DNA of 64,000 nt from Schmidtea nova. Taxonomy: Eukaryota. Both the position numbers and the translations under genes were made by a program. The notes beneath the pieces are model-generated. The model searched no databases and had not been told where the DNA came from. It saw only the letters and a list, made by a program, of their open reading frames with translations. Positions 10,593 to 22,900 of this stretch are shown one piece after another; the first letter of the stretch is position 1, and each line of letters opens with the position of its first letter. The DNA lies in NCBI GenBank assembly GCA_044892505.1, contig CM097883.1, forward strand, positions 106,206,001-106,270,000, written 5' to 3'.

Positions 10593-12005
10593 CTACTCCA
10601 ACCATCCTTTCGTCGACTTCGTGTTCATCGCTGCTGTACTTGTTTTCTTTTCGATTTCCAACTCTACGTATAGGTTGTCGTCGTACAACATTTCCCACAT
10701 TTTTTGGTGTGGTATGAATTTTGGTTCTCCTGTTGCTAGTGAACATTCTGTGGTTGGTCTTTTGTAAGCTTCATGCTTACCATCAATTTTGAATATCCTC
10801 ACGATCGTTTCTTTCGAGTTTTTGACCCTCATTACCGCCTTTGTCTCTAGCGGCCATTCTAATATGTCGTCGTAACCCCCTTTACACAACGCAAAGAATA
10901 ATGACACATGCGTTTCCTTTCCTGATCCATCTTCATTTGGATAAATTCTCATCCGGACTTTGTATCCGTTTTTCCACAGATAGAATGGTGGACTTGTTAC
11001 TGACACTTGACTTCCTGCTTTTGCTGCTGCGAACCTTTCGTTGAAGTTCTTGATTTTCCATACATATGGTGCAACAGGTAAACTCTCAATATCCTCTGCA
11101 TCTCGTATCCACATTTGATGTCGCACGTTTACTTCTTTTACCAATGTCTCTATGACTTTGATTTTCTCCATCATTTTCTCTCTGGTGAGCTCGAATTGCT
11201 CTCTCGTTTCCAGTAATAACTCCGTCATTATCCTCTGAGATTCAATTTCTTTCCTCAGTTTCTGTATGGTTTGTTCCATTCCGTTCAAATTTTCTGTTAA
11301 CATCTCTGCGTGTTGTACCGTCTCTGTTTCTAAATGCTCTTTCATTTCTTTGCTCGTTTTCTTTACTACACATCCTTGTTTGCTCCATACGCACTTTCTT
11401 GGCCTTGCTTCGCACTGCTCCCAATGTTCTTTCAACATCACCTCTTCTCTGGCTCCACAATTACTTGGACAAATTCCTCTGAATTTTCCGCACACTTTCT
11501 CTTCTGCTACGTTGAGATGCTCTGTTACAATTACTTCTCTCGTCTCTCTTTGTTCGCAGTATTGACACTCTATTATCTCTGCCTTGCACTCATCCTTGTG
11601 ATTTTTCGACTGCTTGATGGTTATCGTCTGTTGACACTTTTCACATATCGCTTTCTTGTTTTCGCATTTCTCCAGATGTTGTCTTAGCTCGATTATTTGT
11701 CCTTTCCATTCACATGGTTGGTTTATACATTCTGTTTTTATCTTCCAGATCTCCTTTTGTATTGCTTTGTCTGGTTTCGTCTCGTTGATTAGTAGTTTAT
11801 CGCCACACTCGGGACACTTTCTTGTCTCACTTTCACTGATTATTTGCAATATACACTTGGTGCACATCCTGCATCCACATTCCGTTTGCCTCGGTTTTAA
11901 CAGTAGATTTTTACACTTTACACACGTCACATTTACTCCCCATTGTCGATTCTCTCTTCTTAGAATCTCGATCGTTTGGTAATCTGCTTCGCTTTCTGCT
12001 CTCAT
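10593..12005 (-). CDS. Full-length intronless TRAF-family protein (RING, TRAF zinc fingers, coiled coil, MATH/TRAF-C), 470 aa
   Basis: RING CVKC..KPRQTECGCRMCTKC..CPEC; TRAF fingers C..PCEWKG..L..HLEKC, CPSNCG..EHWEQC, CVWSKQGC..EHL; MATH YVWKI.NF, SPPFY...GYKVRMRIYPN.DG.GK.THVSLFF..CKG.YDDILEWP, G.PKFI, DDNLYV. Confidence 0.92.
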   Translation of the reverse strand: MRAESEADYQTIEILRRENRQWGVNVTCVKCKNLLLKPRQTECGCRMCTKCILQIISESETRKCPECGDKLLINETKPDKAIQKEIWKIKTECINQPCEWKGQIIELRQHLEKCENKKAICEKCQQTITIKQSKNHKDECKAEIIECQYCEQRETREVIVTEHLNVAEEKVCGKFRGICPSNCGAREEVMLKEHWEQCEARPRKCVWSKQGCVVKKTSKEMKEHLETETVQHAEMLTENLNGMEQTIQKLRKEIESQRIMTELLLETREQFELTREKMMEKIKVIETLVKEVNVRHQMWIRDAEDIESLPVAPYVWKIKNFNERFAAAKAGSQVSVTSPPFYLWKNGYKVRMRIYPNEDGSGKETHVSLFFALCKGGYDDILEWPLETKAVMRVKNSKETIVRIFKIDGKHEAYKRPTTECSLATGEPKFIPHQKMWEMLYDDNLYVELEIEKKTSTAAMNTKSTKGWLE

Positions 12006-12095
12006 TCTACAACAATATTTACATCAATTTCCCCATATTTTTGATTTTTTCTGGTTCTTTATTTACACGTATTTACACAATTTTCCGCTTATTCA

Positions 12096-12446
12096 CTATA
12101 CATCCTCAGTTGAATCTGGCTCTGGATACACGTCTATCTCATTTACAATCCAGCTCGTCCAACTATCCGGTATCTCTTCCTCTTCATGTCTCGTTAATCG
12201 GTCAATTTCCTCTGCTTGCCAATTGTTCACTTCATTCAATGTTCGGTTCTCGTTCTGTAATTCGTTTATCTGTATTTGTTGGATCTCGATTTTGTTCATT
12301 GCTTCGAAATTACAGTTATAACTTTCGGTTAATAATTGCGTTTTGGCCGTCAACTGGCTCTGTAATTCGTTTATTGTTCTGGCTAGCAGGTCACATTGCA
12401 CTTTCCATCTTGTCATCATCGACATCTCTGTGGTTTCTTGATTCAT
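12096..12446 (-). CDS. Accessory 116-aa coiled-coil protein with acidic, Trp-containing tail
   Basis: ATG ORF with repeated INELQ heptads, placed co-directionally between other accessory genes. TAG acceptor 7 nt before the ATG. Confidence 0.65.
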   Translation of the reverse strand: MNQETTEMSMMTRWKVQCDLLARTINELQSQLTAKTQLLTESYNCNFEAMNKIEIQQIQINELQNENRTLNEVNNWQAEEIDRLTRHEEEEIPDSWTSWIVNEIDVYPEPDSTEDV

Positions 12447-12569
12447 CGTTTTTCTAGATTATATACATCATTCTCTTTTTTCTGTTTTTATGTTTTATAA
12501 TATTTATACCCATACGTATACGGTTATGCATTGGTTTTTACACTACTATTTACACTCATATTCCACCCT

Positions 12570-13832
12570 CTATACAATCACTACTGGTTTTTCTTCGTAC
12601 AGTTCCTCGTCCTCGATCTGTACCCACATCTCTTCATGTTTTGATCGTCTTTTCAGCTCTTCTCGTACTGCTTTTGGTAGTTTTATGTTGTAATTCGTGA
12701 CCTTAACTTCTGGCCATTTTACTGCTATGGTCTTATTTCTCATGCCATATCTCCAACATACTATCATGATCGTTATCAGCGGTATACACGCTATGAATAC
12801 TCCCATGCTGATTAATCCCATTATTGTTTTCCCGATGCTCATTTTCGGAGCTTCACTTTGGTTTATCATCACGCCATATTGACCTTTCCATTCCGCTTCC
12901 CATTGTTCATATTGTTGTTGTCTCTGTCTGACTTCTTCGATCACTTTCTCTGGTTCCCATTTTTCTTGTTGATTTGGTATTGTTTCTTCCTTCTCGTTTT
13001 GTTCTCTCTTCTGACTCAATTCTCGGAATTCTAACTTTCTGATTCTCCTCGTTATCGTCGTGTTCCTTGGCGTGTAATAGGTTTCGCACCTTTCTTGTTG
13101 ATTTCCTTGTGTATCCACTTCTTCAATTGCACACACTTCGTATTCTGCGTTTGTTTTCAACTTCCTCATTTCTACCTCGATTATTTCTCCTTTGTCATCT
13201 GCGGTCTTTTGACAACTTCGTGGAGACTTTCTCATACTGTTTGGCATTAATGTCCAACAGATTTCTAGGACCTTTTTATGGATCTTCCATATTATCAACG
13301 TTATTGATTCCGGTTCGTTTTCTATTGTCGTCCCTTCTGTTGTTACCTGTTGAACTCCTTGACTGTTGGTTGTCGTGGTTTTTCTTGACTTTCTTTTCCT
13401 CTGTCGACTTCCTTCCATTTCGATCGTTCTTGTTCCGTTAATTTGCTCTGGCGTCTTGTACAGTTTGCACTCCCGGCTTCTTTGTATTATTTCCTTTATT
13501 CTTCGGATTACGCAAATTTCATATGCTTGTCCGACTTCGAATCCATTTAGTTGAAACGGGATTCCCCGTTCTCTCGTTCTGCATTGCGGTATTACGTTGT
13601 TGGTCGATATTCCGATGTATTTTCTCCAACACATCCCAATTGTTCTCCGACCAATGTTTTTTATCTCCACTGTTACTACTTCATTCGCAATCGTTTCTTG
13701 ATCTTGTTTCTTTCTTTTTGGGAACTCAATTATCTCCTTTGCTTGGAACACTTTACACTCGCTTGTTCCTGGTCTGTTTCCGTTTGCTGCTTTTTCCATG
13801 AGGCATAGTTCACATGTTTTCTCTGTTTCCAT
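12570..13832 (-). CDS. FN3-like repeat membrane protein (420 aa as annotated); in frame with the polyprotein beyond one TGA
   Basis: Repeats with pattern (I/C)W...L...YE(I/V)C...C..Y.T, TM IMGLISMGVFIACIPLITIMIVCW, cytoplasmic tail ..LYEEKPVVIV. No stop between 13937 and 13833 in the polyprotein frame. Confidence 0.72.
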   Translation of the reverse strand: METEKTCELCLMEKAANGNRPGTSECKVFQAKEIIEFPKRKKQDQETIANEVVTVEIKNIGRRTIGMCWRKYIGISTNNVIPQCRTRERGIPFQLNGFEVGQAYEICVIRRIKEIIQRSRECKLYKTPEQINGTRTIEMEGSRQRKRKSRKTTTTNSQGVQQVTTEGTTIENEPESITLIIWKIHKKVLEICWTLMPNSMRKSPRSCQKTADDKGEIIEVEMRKLKTNAEYEVCAIEEVDTQGNQQERCETYYTPRNTTITRRIRKLEFRELSQKREQNEKEETIPNQQEKWEPEKVIEEVRQRQQQYEQWEAEWKGQYGVMINQSEAPKMSIGKTIMGLISMGVFIACIPLITIMIVCWRYGMRNKTIAVKWPEVKVTNYNIKLPKAVREELKRRSKHEEMWVQIEDEELYEEKPVVIV

Positions 13833-13937
13833 TTCAGTTATCTCGATTTCCTCATTTGTCTCTGCCTCTTGACTTTCTCTTGTTTCGCTGATTCCAATTA
13901 CCTCATTGTTTCGTCCCCAACATCTTCCATTCGTTGT

Positions 13938-16900
13938 TCATTGGTCTTGGATGTTTACTAACGTCATCACGCTGATATCTATGTCCTCCATGATTCTCTT
14001 AATGAGAATTAATATTAATGCTACACATATCAATTCTGGTTGGAATGTTAATTTGCCCGCTGAATTTTTGGTTATTCTTTCTTTCTCCGTTCGGTTTCCG
14101 ATTCCTTCTTCTGCTTCAGATTGATTCTTCCCTTTCTCCGATTCCACTTCTGTTCTTCTCGTTGTCTCTTCGCTTCTTTTCCCAATCCATTTCTGTATCT
14201 TCAGCGCTTCTGTTGCTTTATATAATTGACATGCAGTTACTTGAGGTGCTTTTGGTTCTCCTCTCTGCTTTATTGCGCATATTATGTATGACTTTTCTTT
14301 CTCCAATCCTTTGATTTGGATGACGTCTCGCTTCAGATCTGACAATATACACTTCAGCGTGTCGTTTTTCTTCAGGTTTTCTTTCCAGCATATTCTTTCG
14401 TATACTTCGTTTCCTCTGATTATTTCCAGCGTGACGTATTGTTTCTTGGCTTCTCCTTGTCCGATGATTGTTATCAATATCGCAATACACAACATTTCTG
14501 GTCTCAAAAGTAGACTTCCTGTTCGTTTTCCATAATTCGTACGTTCGTCTTTCGTTCCTCTGTTTTCTCGTTCTTCTGCTTCTCCTTTCTTGTCGTTTCT
14601 TGTTGGCTTTGGTTCTTCCTGTCTTTCTTTTTCATTATCCTCTGTTCTTTTGTTGTCATTGTCTTCGTTGTTCTTTTCGTTGTTACTTTTGTCGTCGAAA
14701 TCTCTGTAACCACCCCCTGGTCCTTTGAAAATGTCGTCCTCGACATTAATTTCTTTAATCAATCTTTCATACGCTTGAACCGCGAGTGTGCTAGACTCGA
14801 ATTCCCGTATTTCCATATCTTTGGATGGTTCTATGTCTTTTAGTCTACTTTGCTTTATCGTTTCTTTGGCATCTGTCCATTCATTCACATATTTTCTGAA
14901 CAAGTCTTTCCATCTTCCCGTTCGTTCGGGTTCCTTTGGATTGTTCGTGAATTTCAAATCTCTTCTCTTCAGGAATTCTTCAACTATCTCTGGCTTTTTG
15001 TGTCTTAATAACGCGCTTCTGATACACCAATTCTGATTCTGTTCCATATGGTCATTGATCTTGAATGCCGGTTCCTTGGTGATCGGATTCACCCATGTTA
15101 GTAATGCTCTTGTCTTCTCTATGTCGTGTATCATTACTGTTAGACTGAAGTTCTTTACGTTATTTGCCAGGTATTCGATATCCTCTTGTTTATTGATGGA
15201 CTTTATGAACTTGATCATCTCGAAGTTGTTCCACTGTATTGCGATATCTATGATGGAATTGTTCTTTCCATTTTTCCCTTCGATTTTGGCTCCTGCTTCG
15301 TATAACTCGTGTAGCACTTTCAATTTCGTCTTCTTTCTTGCTGCGATTATCATGATTGTGTCTCCGTTATCATCAACCATATTCATATCTGCTTCGCACT
15401 TTACCATTGCTTTTGTTATTTCTAGCGCTTCGTTTTCTTTCTTTCGACGTAATGCCCAGTGTATCGGCAATCTCCCATCCTTTGATAATAGGAATGTTAC
15501 TGGCATTTGATTTTTGATCGTTTCTATGTCACTCTCGTTATAATCTCCTTGTGCGTATCTGTGCACTTTCTCTGTAATTGCTCCTAGTATCTCCAACGAG
15601 TTTTTATTCTCCTTGAATTCTGATAGTCTTTCCTGCGCTTTTGCTACGATTGCGTCTAGTCTCTCTTGATTATCAGCTTTTGCATTGAACAACACTGCTT
15701 TGCTTCTTATTCGCGTTTGCATCTGTTTCATTCGTTGGTCTTGATACACTGCTTGTCTGAAGAACTGTCCATATTTCAATGCTTCTATCAGCTCTTTATA
15801 TCGCTTGCTTATTTCTTTGTGCTGCTTTTGGATGTCATAAAAATGTTCGAAGCTCATATCCGGATTCCATTGCTTATCACACCATTTCTTGATTAATCCG
15901 AATAGTTCTTTCTTCCTGTCTTCCAACTTGTATTCTCTTGGGTTTTCGCTAACCCGTAACGTATCTCTCGCTATTAACACTGCAAGTGTTTTTGGATCGT
16001 ATGTTACCTCTAGTAGATGTTTCAGTAACGCATTTTCTCCCCTTATGAACACTTCATTACAATCTATGACCCACGAATCTCCTTCTGGTCGTTTCCACTT
16101 TAGCAATATTCTCCAGGTTTTACTGTTTCTTACTCCGATTGCTTGTTTCATGATCGATCCTCTAGTTAGTTCATCGATTTCCCACGTGGCATTTTCCGTA
16201 ATATACTTTAGTATTCGGTGATTTGCTCTGTCAATTGCATGATTCAAGAATGTTCGTCCTTCTTTATCCTTTGCCATCCAATTCGATCTGGTGTTTCCGA
16301 ATAACTTGATTATTTCATCGTTTCTTCCATGAATTGCTATCATCATTAGTGGAGTGATTCCTTCCCAATTCACTTTGTCAATTTCTCCTCCACCTTCGAG
16401 TATCATCTCTACGATCTCTTTCACCTTCTCGTTTCCCCCGTGCTTGATTGCATTGTGCAACGCGGTATTACCGTCTTTGTCTTGTAGATTCAATGTTTGA
16501 GGGATTTCCTCTAGCAGCGTTCTTGTTATTGGATGTGCTGTTCTATCCTTCGCATACTCCATTACATTTTTTCGAACTTCTGACAGTATATTGAAATCGT
16601 GCCACCATTTCCATTCTGGTATAATTTCTCTGGTTTTCTTTGCCAGTTCTTTGATATCTATTATCTCCCTTCGGTTGTCTTCTAGACTTGTTTGCGGCTT
16701 TTGTTGTACTCGCAACATATTGATTCTCGCCGTCTGTGATCTTGTCATCACCCGTTTCTCTGGTGATAGAGTTGCTGTCTTTGGTATTTTCCTGCATCGA
16801 CATGCATTCACGTATATTGGTCTTACCAATGGATTGTTCACCAATCGTACTCGCACATTATTTTCATTTACTGTTGTGATTTCGTATGGCCCTTTGCCTG

Positions 16901-19900
16901 GTCGTTGGAGTTTCTTGACCGTACCGGGTATTATCTCTGGTGTCTCGACTATCACCCAATCTCCAACTTTTAAATCATGTGCTTTCACATTCTTTTTCTG
17001 ATCATGCAGATCTTTGTAACTCTCTTGATAGAACTTGATGTTTAGTTCCGCCGTTTTCCAGATTTCTTGCATTCTTTCTTTGAACTTTGTAACGTAATCG
17101 TCAACCTCCATGTACTGTGATAATGGTGGTTGGTATTCCAAATCGATCGGTAAGTTGCAATCTCTTCCGTACATTAGTTGGAATGGACTTAGCTTTGTTG
17201 CCGCATGTATTGACATTCTGTATGCCATTAAACACAAGTTGATATATTCGTCCCAGTCGGTTTGATGTTTACTGACGTAATTCGACAACATGCGTATCAA
17301 TGTTCCATTGAACCTTTCTGTTTGACCGTTCGTTTGTGGATGGTATGGGGATGTTCGTAATTTCGCAATTCGGAAGTAATTCGTGACTTCGTCTAATATT
17401 TCACTCATGAAGTTGGTTCCTTGGTCCGTTAGGATTTTCTTGGGTGTTCCGTATCTGCAGCATATCTCTTCTACCAATATTCTCGCGACTGTTTTTGCTT
17501 TTTGATCTGGTATTGCGAATGCTTCTGGGAACTTTGTTAGATAGTCCGTAACTACTAAGATATACTGATTCCCCTTTAAACTTTCTGGCAATGGTCCAAC
17601 TACGTCCATTGCTATCGTTGCCATCGGTTCTGCGGGTATTGGCATTGGTTTTAGTGGTGTTTTCCACTTCGTTCCGACGTTCTTTCTTGTCGCACAGGTT
17701 AAGCAGTTCTTTATCCATTCTTTCACATCATCTTCCATGGTTGGCCAAAAATACTTTTGTCTCAATCTCCCGATTGTCTTTTTCGCTGACATATGTCCGC
17801 CTAATTTTCCGTCATGATATTGAGTCATGATTTCCTTTCGCCTATTCGCAGGTAAGCACATTAATCTTCGTTCTCCATCTTGTATCAATAACCATCCTTT
17901 TTCCATCACATATCGGTGCTGATATTTCTGCATATGTTCGCGTAACGCTTGGTCCTTGCCGAATATTTCTATTTCCCTTTCTTTCAAATACTTGCTGATC
18001 AATCCCAACTCCTCATCTTCGATCTGCTCTTTCCTTAGTTCGCTGAAATCCAGATCTTCCGCTATTAATGCACATATTTTTAGAGTATTCAGGTTCACCA
18101 ATTCTGGGAATGTAAACCTTGACATGCAATCCGCGTTTGCATTTGCTTTTCCTGCTTTAAACTTTATGAATGGCGAGTATTCCTGCAACTGCATCGCCCA
18201 ACGCATCAATCTACTTGATGATTCTTTATGTTGACCTAACCATACTAATGGTTGATGATCCGTTGTGATATATATTTCATGACCCCACAATAGGTATTTG
18301 AAATGCTTGATTGCCAATATTATCGCATAGGCTTCTCTTTCCGTGACTGAGTAATTCCTTTCATGCTTCCTGAACGTTCGACTGTAATATCCAATTACTC
18401 TTTCCTTGCCTTCTTCGTCAAATTGGCCTAGTACTGCTCCTGCTGCATATCCACTTGCATCTGTTGCCAACAGAAATGGCTTCTTAAAATCTGGATGGAC
18501 CAGTATTGGTGCTGTAATCAGCTTATCTCGTAATGTTTCAAATGCTGCTTGCTGTTCTGCTCCCCATACAAACGACACATCTTGTCTTACCAATTCTTGC
18601 ATTGGTTTTGATATTCCTGCATAGTCTTTGATAAACTTTCGATAATATCCACACAATCCCAAAAATTCTTGTATTTGAGTCACTGTCTTTGGTGGTGGAC
18701 ATTCTTTGACCTTTTCGATATTCCTTGGATCTGGTTCTTTTCCTTTTGCTGATACGATGTGACCTAAGAATGTCACTTTCTCTTTTGCCCAATCGCACTT
18801 TGACGGCTTCAGTTTCAGTTTCCACTGTCTCAATTTCACGAACACATTTCTGATGTCTTGTAAGTGATCTTCAAATGTTGCGGAGTAGATCAATAGATCG
18901 TCGATATACACCATGCATTGTTTTATGCCATGTGTTACGAAATTCATGCATCTCTGGAATGATGCTGGCGCGTTTGTTAACCCAAACGGCATTTTCTTGA
19001 ATTGGTACAGATCTCGTCCGATTGTAAATGCTGTCTTCTCTTTATCCTCGTCTTTCATTTTGATCTGCCAATATCCGCTTTTTAAATCCAGTGACGTGAA
19101 ATAAGCTGCTCCTTGTAACGTCAATAACATTTCATTTATGTCTGGCAGTGGGTACGTATCTCTTTTCGTAACTGCGTTCAATCGTCTGTAATCGATACAG
19201 AATCTCTGAGTTCCATCCTTCTTTTTCACCATCACCACTGGGAATTGCCAGGGTGAGCAACTAGGTTCGATGACCTCTGCATCTAACATCTTTTGTACCT
19301 CTTCTTCTGCCACTGCTTTTTGAGCTTCTGCCAGTTTATATGGTCTTAATGCTATTGGCGTTTCGTCCGTCAACGGTATCGTGTGTAAGGTTACGTCACA
19401 TGTTCCTAAATCCAGATCTGATGCTGCGAATATATCTTTATATTCCATCAACAGTTTCTGTAACTGTTCTTTTTGTCGTTCGTCTAACAACACACTGTCG
19501 ATTTTCCATGGTAATTCGTCTTTGCTTTTCTCGTTCTTGTCTGGTATTTCGATTTCGGACATGGGTGTCAATTTACCCAATCTCTCATTCTCGTATATTA
19601 TCTTGTCCTCTTCGTCGAAGTTTACCAGATTAATCGGTATTTCTCCTTCTTGGTTTATCGTGACCAATTCTCTTGCCATTGGTAATTCTTTCTTTGCTTC
19701 GAACTTCTTACTGGGTTCGAATATCATGTCTCCTTTTATTGTTGAATCGATCTTGACATAACACATCATTTCATGTCTCGCTGGCACTACTATTTGTTCC
19801 GCACTTGCTACTTTAACTTTCATTCTGCAGATTTTTCCTGTTCTGTCTTTTAGCTTCATTGCTCCTAGATCAATTACGATTTCCTTGAACAGGTCTGGCA

Positions 19901-22900
19901 TCAGGTCAGTTCCAATAATACATGGTACACTCAGCGATGGTATTACAGCGATGTACGTGTTGATTTCTGCCCCTCGATGCTTAATTTTTACAAACCATCT
20001 TCCGGCTACTTCTACTGTCTCTTGACTGCACGCGATTACATGTACATTCGTCTTCTCAATTTCTCCTTGGTTTTTCTCTGGTATATAGTTGATGTCGATC
20101 GCCGAAATATTCGCGCCTGTATCGATCATAGCTTCGATTTCTCTCCCGTTTATTTCTACGGTTGTTGTTAAGATCGGTCCCATATTTGTGGACATAACTG
20201 CTATCGTGTGCGTGTCTTCCAACGGGTCTACACTTCTGCATCGTTTTACTTTGCATCCTTCTGGAATTATCGGGTATATGCTTGTCATCGGCATCATCTG
20301 CATCATATTCGGCTTCGCTTTGTATATCGGTTCGTTATACATTGACTGAGGTGGAGCGCTGTATCTCCAATTCTCAACTGCACTCTTTTCGGTATACTGT
20401 GGGATCTGGTTTATATTCGCTTGTCCTCCTTGATCGTCATCGTCATCATCATTGCTTGAGTCGTCTTGTGTTCGATATCCCTTCACTCTTTCCCATAATC
20501 CTTTCCTTTCTTTCTTTAATTGTCGCCTTGCTTGCTCGTCTTGCATTATCTTTTTGAATTTCCTTCCGACATCTTCGTTTGTTCCTTTCATTTTTGCAAG
20601 TATCTTCAATAACCTCTTTATTCGATGTATGTCTTTTGAGTGTCCGTGCAACACCATCGTTTTCGCAAGGAATGGTAAAAACCCTACTACCATTTTCCAA
20701 TTCACTTTCTTTTCTCTCTTGTAGATATCGAAGCACGCTAACATTTGCGTTATTATTACTCTGACGATTTGTATTATCAATATAACACCCAGTATTCCAG
20801 CCATCATTTGTCCAAATATCAGGAATCTTCCCCACATTGCCTTCATCATGTTTTCTGTGGCTTTCTTGAAATGTGCCGGTGACAACAACAATTCGTAATT
20901 CGGTCCTTCTCTGTAATTCGTTCCTCCCGTTATCGTTACGATGTTTGACAGTAATGCTTCTCTTCTTGCCGGGAATAATATATTCTGCCTTGCTGCTTCT
21001 AAGTCCTTTGGACTATAGATTCCGTTGTTTGAGACATCTACGTCGCTGAACTGTCTATCCTTTGACAACTGCATTAGTTCGAATTCTCTTGGTGCTAATA
21101 CTTCGGTTCTTCCTGGGAACATAACCCATTTGCCATCTGGCTTCTGATAAAGCGGTCCGTACGCGTTACTACAGTTGAATGGATTTGGTTCAAATCCTGG
21201 TGGATTGATGATTCTCGTCACCGGTTGAACATATCGTACTTTTCCTTTATAATCGATTTCTAATTCATTTGTACATTGTCCAGGTTTCAACTGCGTTGTT
21301 GCTGCTAGCGATGCGTGTGTCTTTTCGCAAATATATACATACATTGCCTCTCCAACCACTCTTCCGAAATGTCCTTCTCTCAGTGGTAATAATGGCATCG
21401 CGCTATCTGGATTCGTAATCGCTACGGCCAACTTTGTCTTCAATATTTCCCGATTCAGTATACAATCGTTATTTATCAGATCATAGTACACTTTTTGCAA
21501 TGAGGCTTGTCCTCTATGGAATAAGAAATCCATTTTATTATTCACATACAAGTGTAGCTTGATATCCATTGTGTCGATCTTGGGTTTCGCATTCGGCACT
21601 TCTTGTTTCGACACGTATATTCCTGGATAATTTGTTTCGTATACTGTTGTACTGCACTTAAGGGTTGCTTTCCCTTTTATGAATCTCATTCCCACATCCT
21701 GATTTGTGGTTATCAACACTGTTGGTGTGGCTCTCATCTCTATTCGTTTTTCTCTATGATCTGGTCTCAATTGTCTTTTGTTCTCTAAAGCTTCTTTGAG
21801 ATGTTTTGCTCTAGCTTTGTCATCATCGTCCTCTTCCTGGAACGTTTTTCCTTGGATTTCGTCGAACTTTGCTCCTTGTAGCAGTTGTAATTGACATTCG
21901 TTCACTTTCGGTTTGTATACCAATGTTGACATTCCCGTTTGACACATACTCCTGTCGATTTTACACATGGATAACGTTTTCATTTCTCCGGTTGTCGGTT
22001 CGAAGAATGCTTCGTAGCTTTTCAGTTCGACTATGTACGTATCCATCACCACTAGGTTGGTTGCAGGTGCTCCGAATATTGGGTAGGTTTCTCCTTGACA
22101 GTACCCTTCTCCTCCCGTAATTCGTCCTGCTACATAATACGTCTGCTGTAACATCATTCCTGGTTTTCCTTTTATCTTGATTTTATCTCTCGTTGTTACT
22201 TCTCCATGTTTAAATAATGCTTCGCAGTCTTCCCCTTGCAACACGATTGGTTCTCTTTCTGTTCCTGGCATGACAATTGCTGAATAATGTCCTCTCCCAC
22301 AATAGAATGCGAATCTCGTCTTCTGTACCTTGCATTCATTCACCATTGTCTTTATTAGTTCTGCCTCTTGATACACGTGATACCATTGTTCTTTTTTAAT
22401 CTCTTTCAATTCTACTGGAGTTGCGTCTTTGCATTGCTCCGTACCTCTCAATGAGTACTTTTCTCCCAATTTCATTTGATCACAATCAAATACTTCGAAC
22501 GTTGTTACACCTTCTGTGCTTAACAACCATACTAGCATCATCATGATTATCGAGTTTAGATTCAACGTCGATCTTCCGTTTCCTTGCATCGTTTGTCTAT
22601 TCTCCATTTCTCTCAATACTCCCTCGAGTTTCTTTCTCATCACGTTAGAACCTTCTTTTGTCTGATTCTCTTTTATGAACTTTTCCCATCCTCCTTTTCT
22701 GAGGATATATGGTTCAATTTCTTTCTCGATAATCATCGCCGTATTCTTGATATGTCTTCCCATCGGACTTGACTTCGGACTTCCTCGGCTTAGCGTTAGC
22801 AAATTGTATATCGTATACGAGATTGCTACTAGATATTTGCTGTCCGTTTCTGCTCCGTTCAGTAACCTTTTTATCAACATCGTGGTTCCTTGCCAATCTA

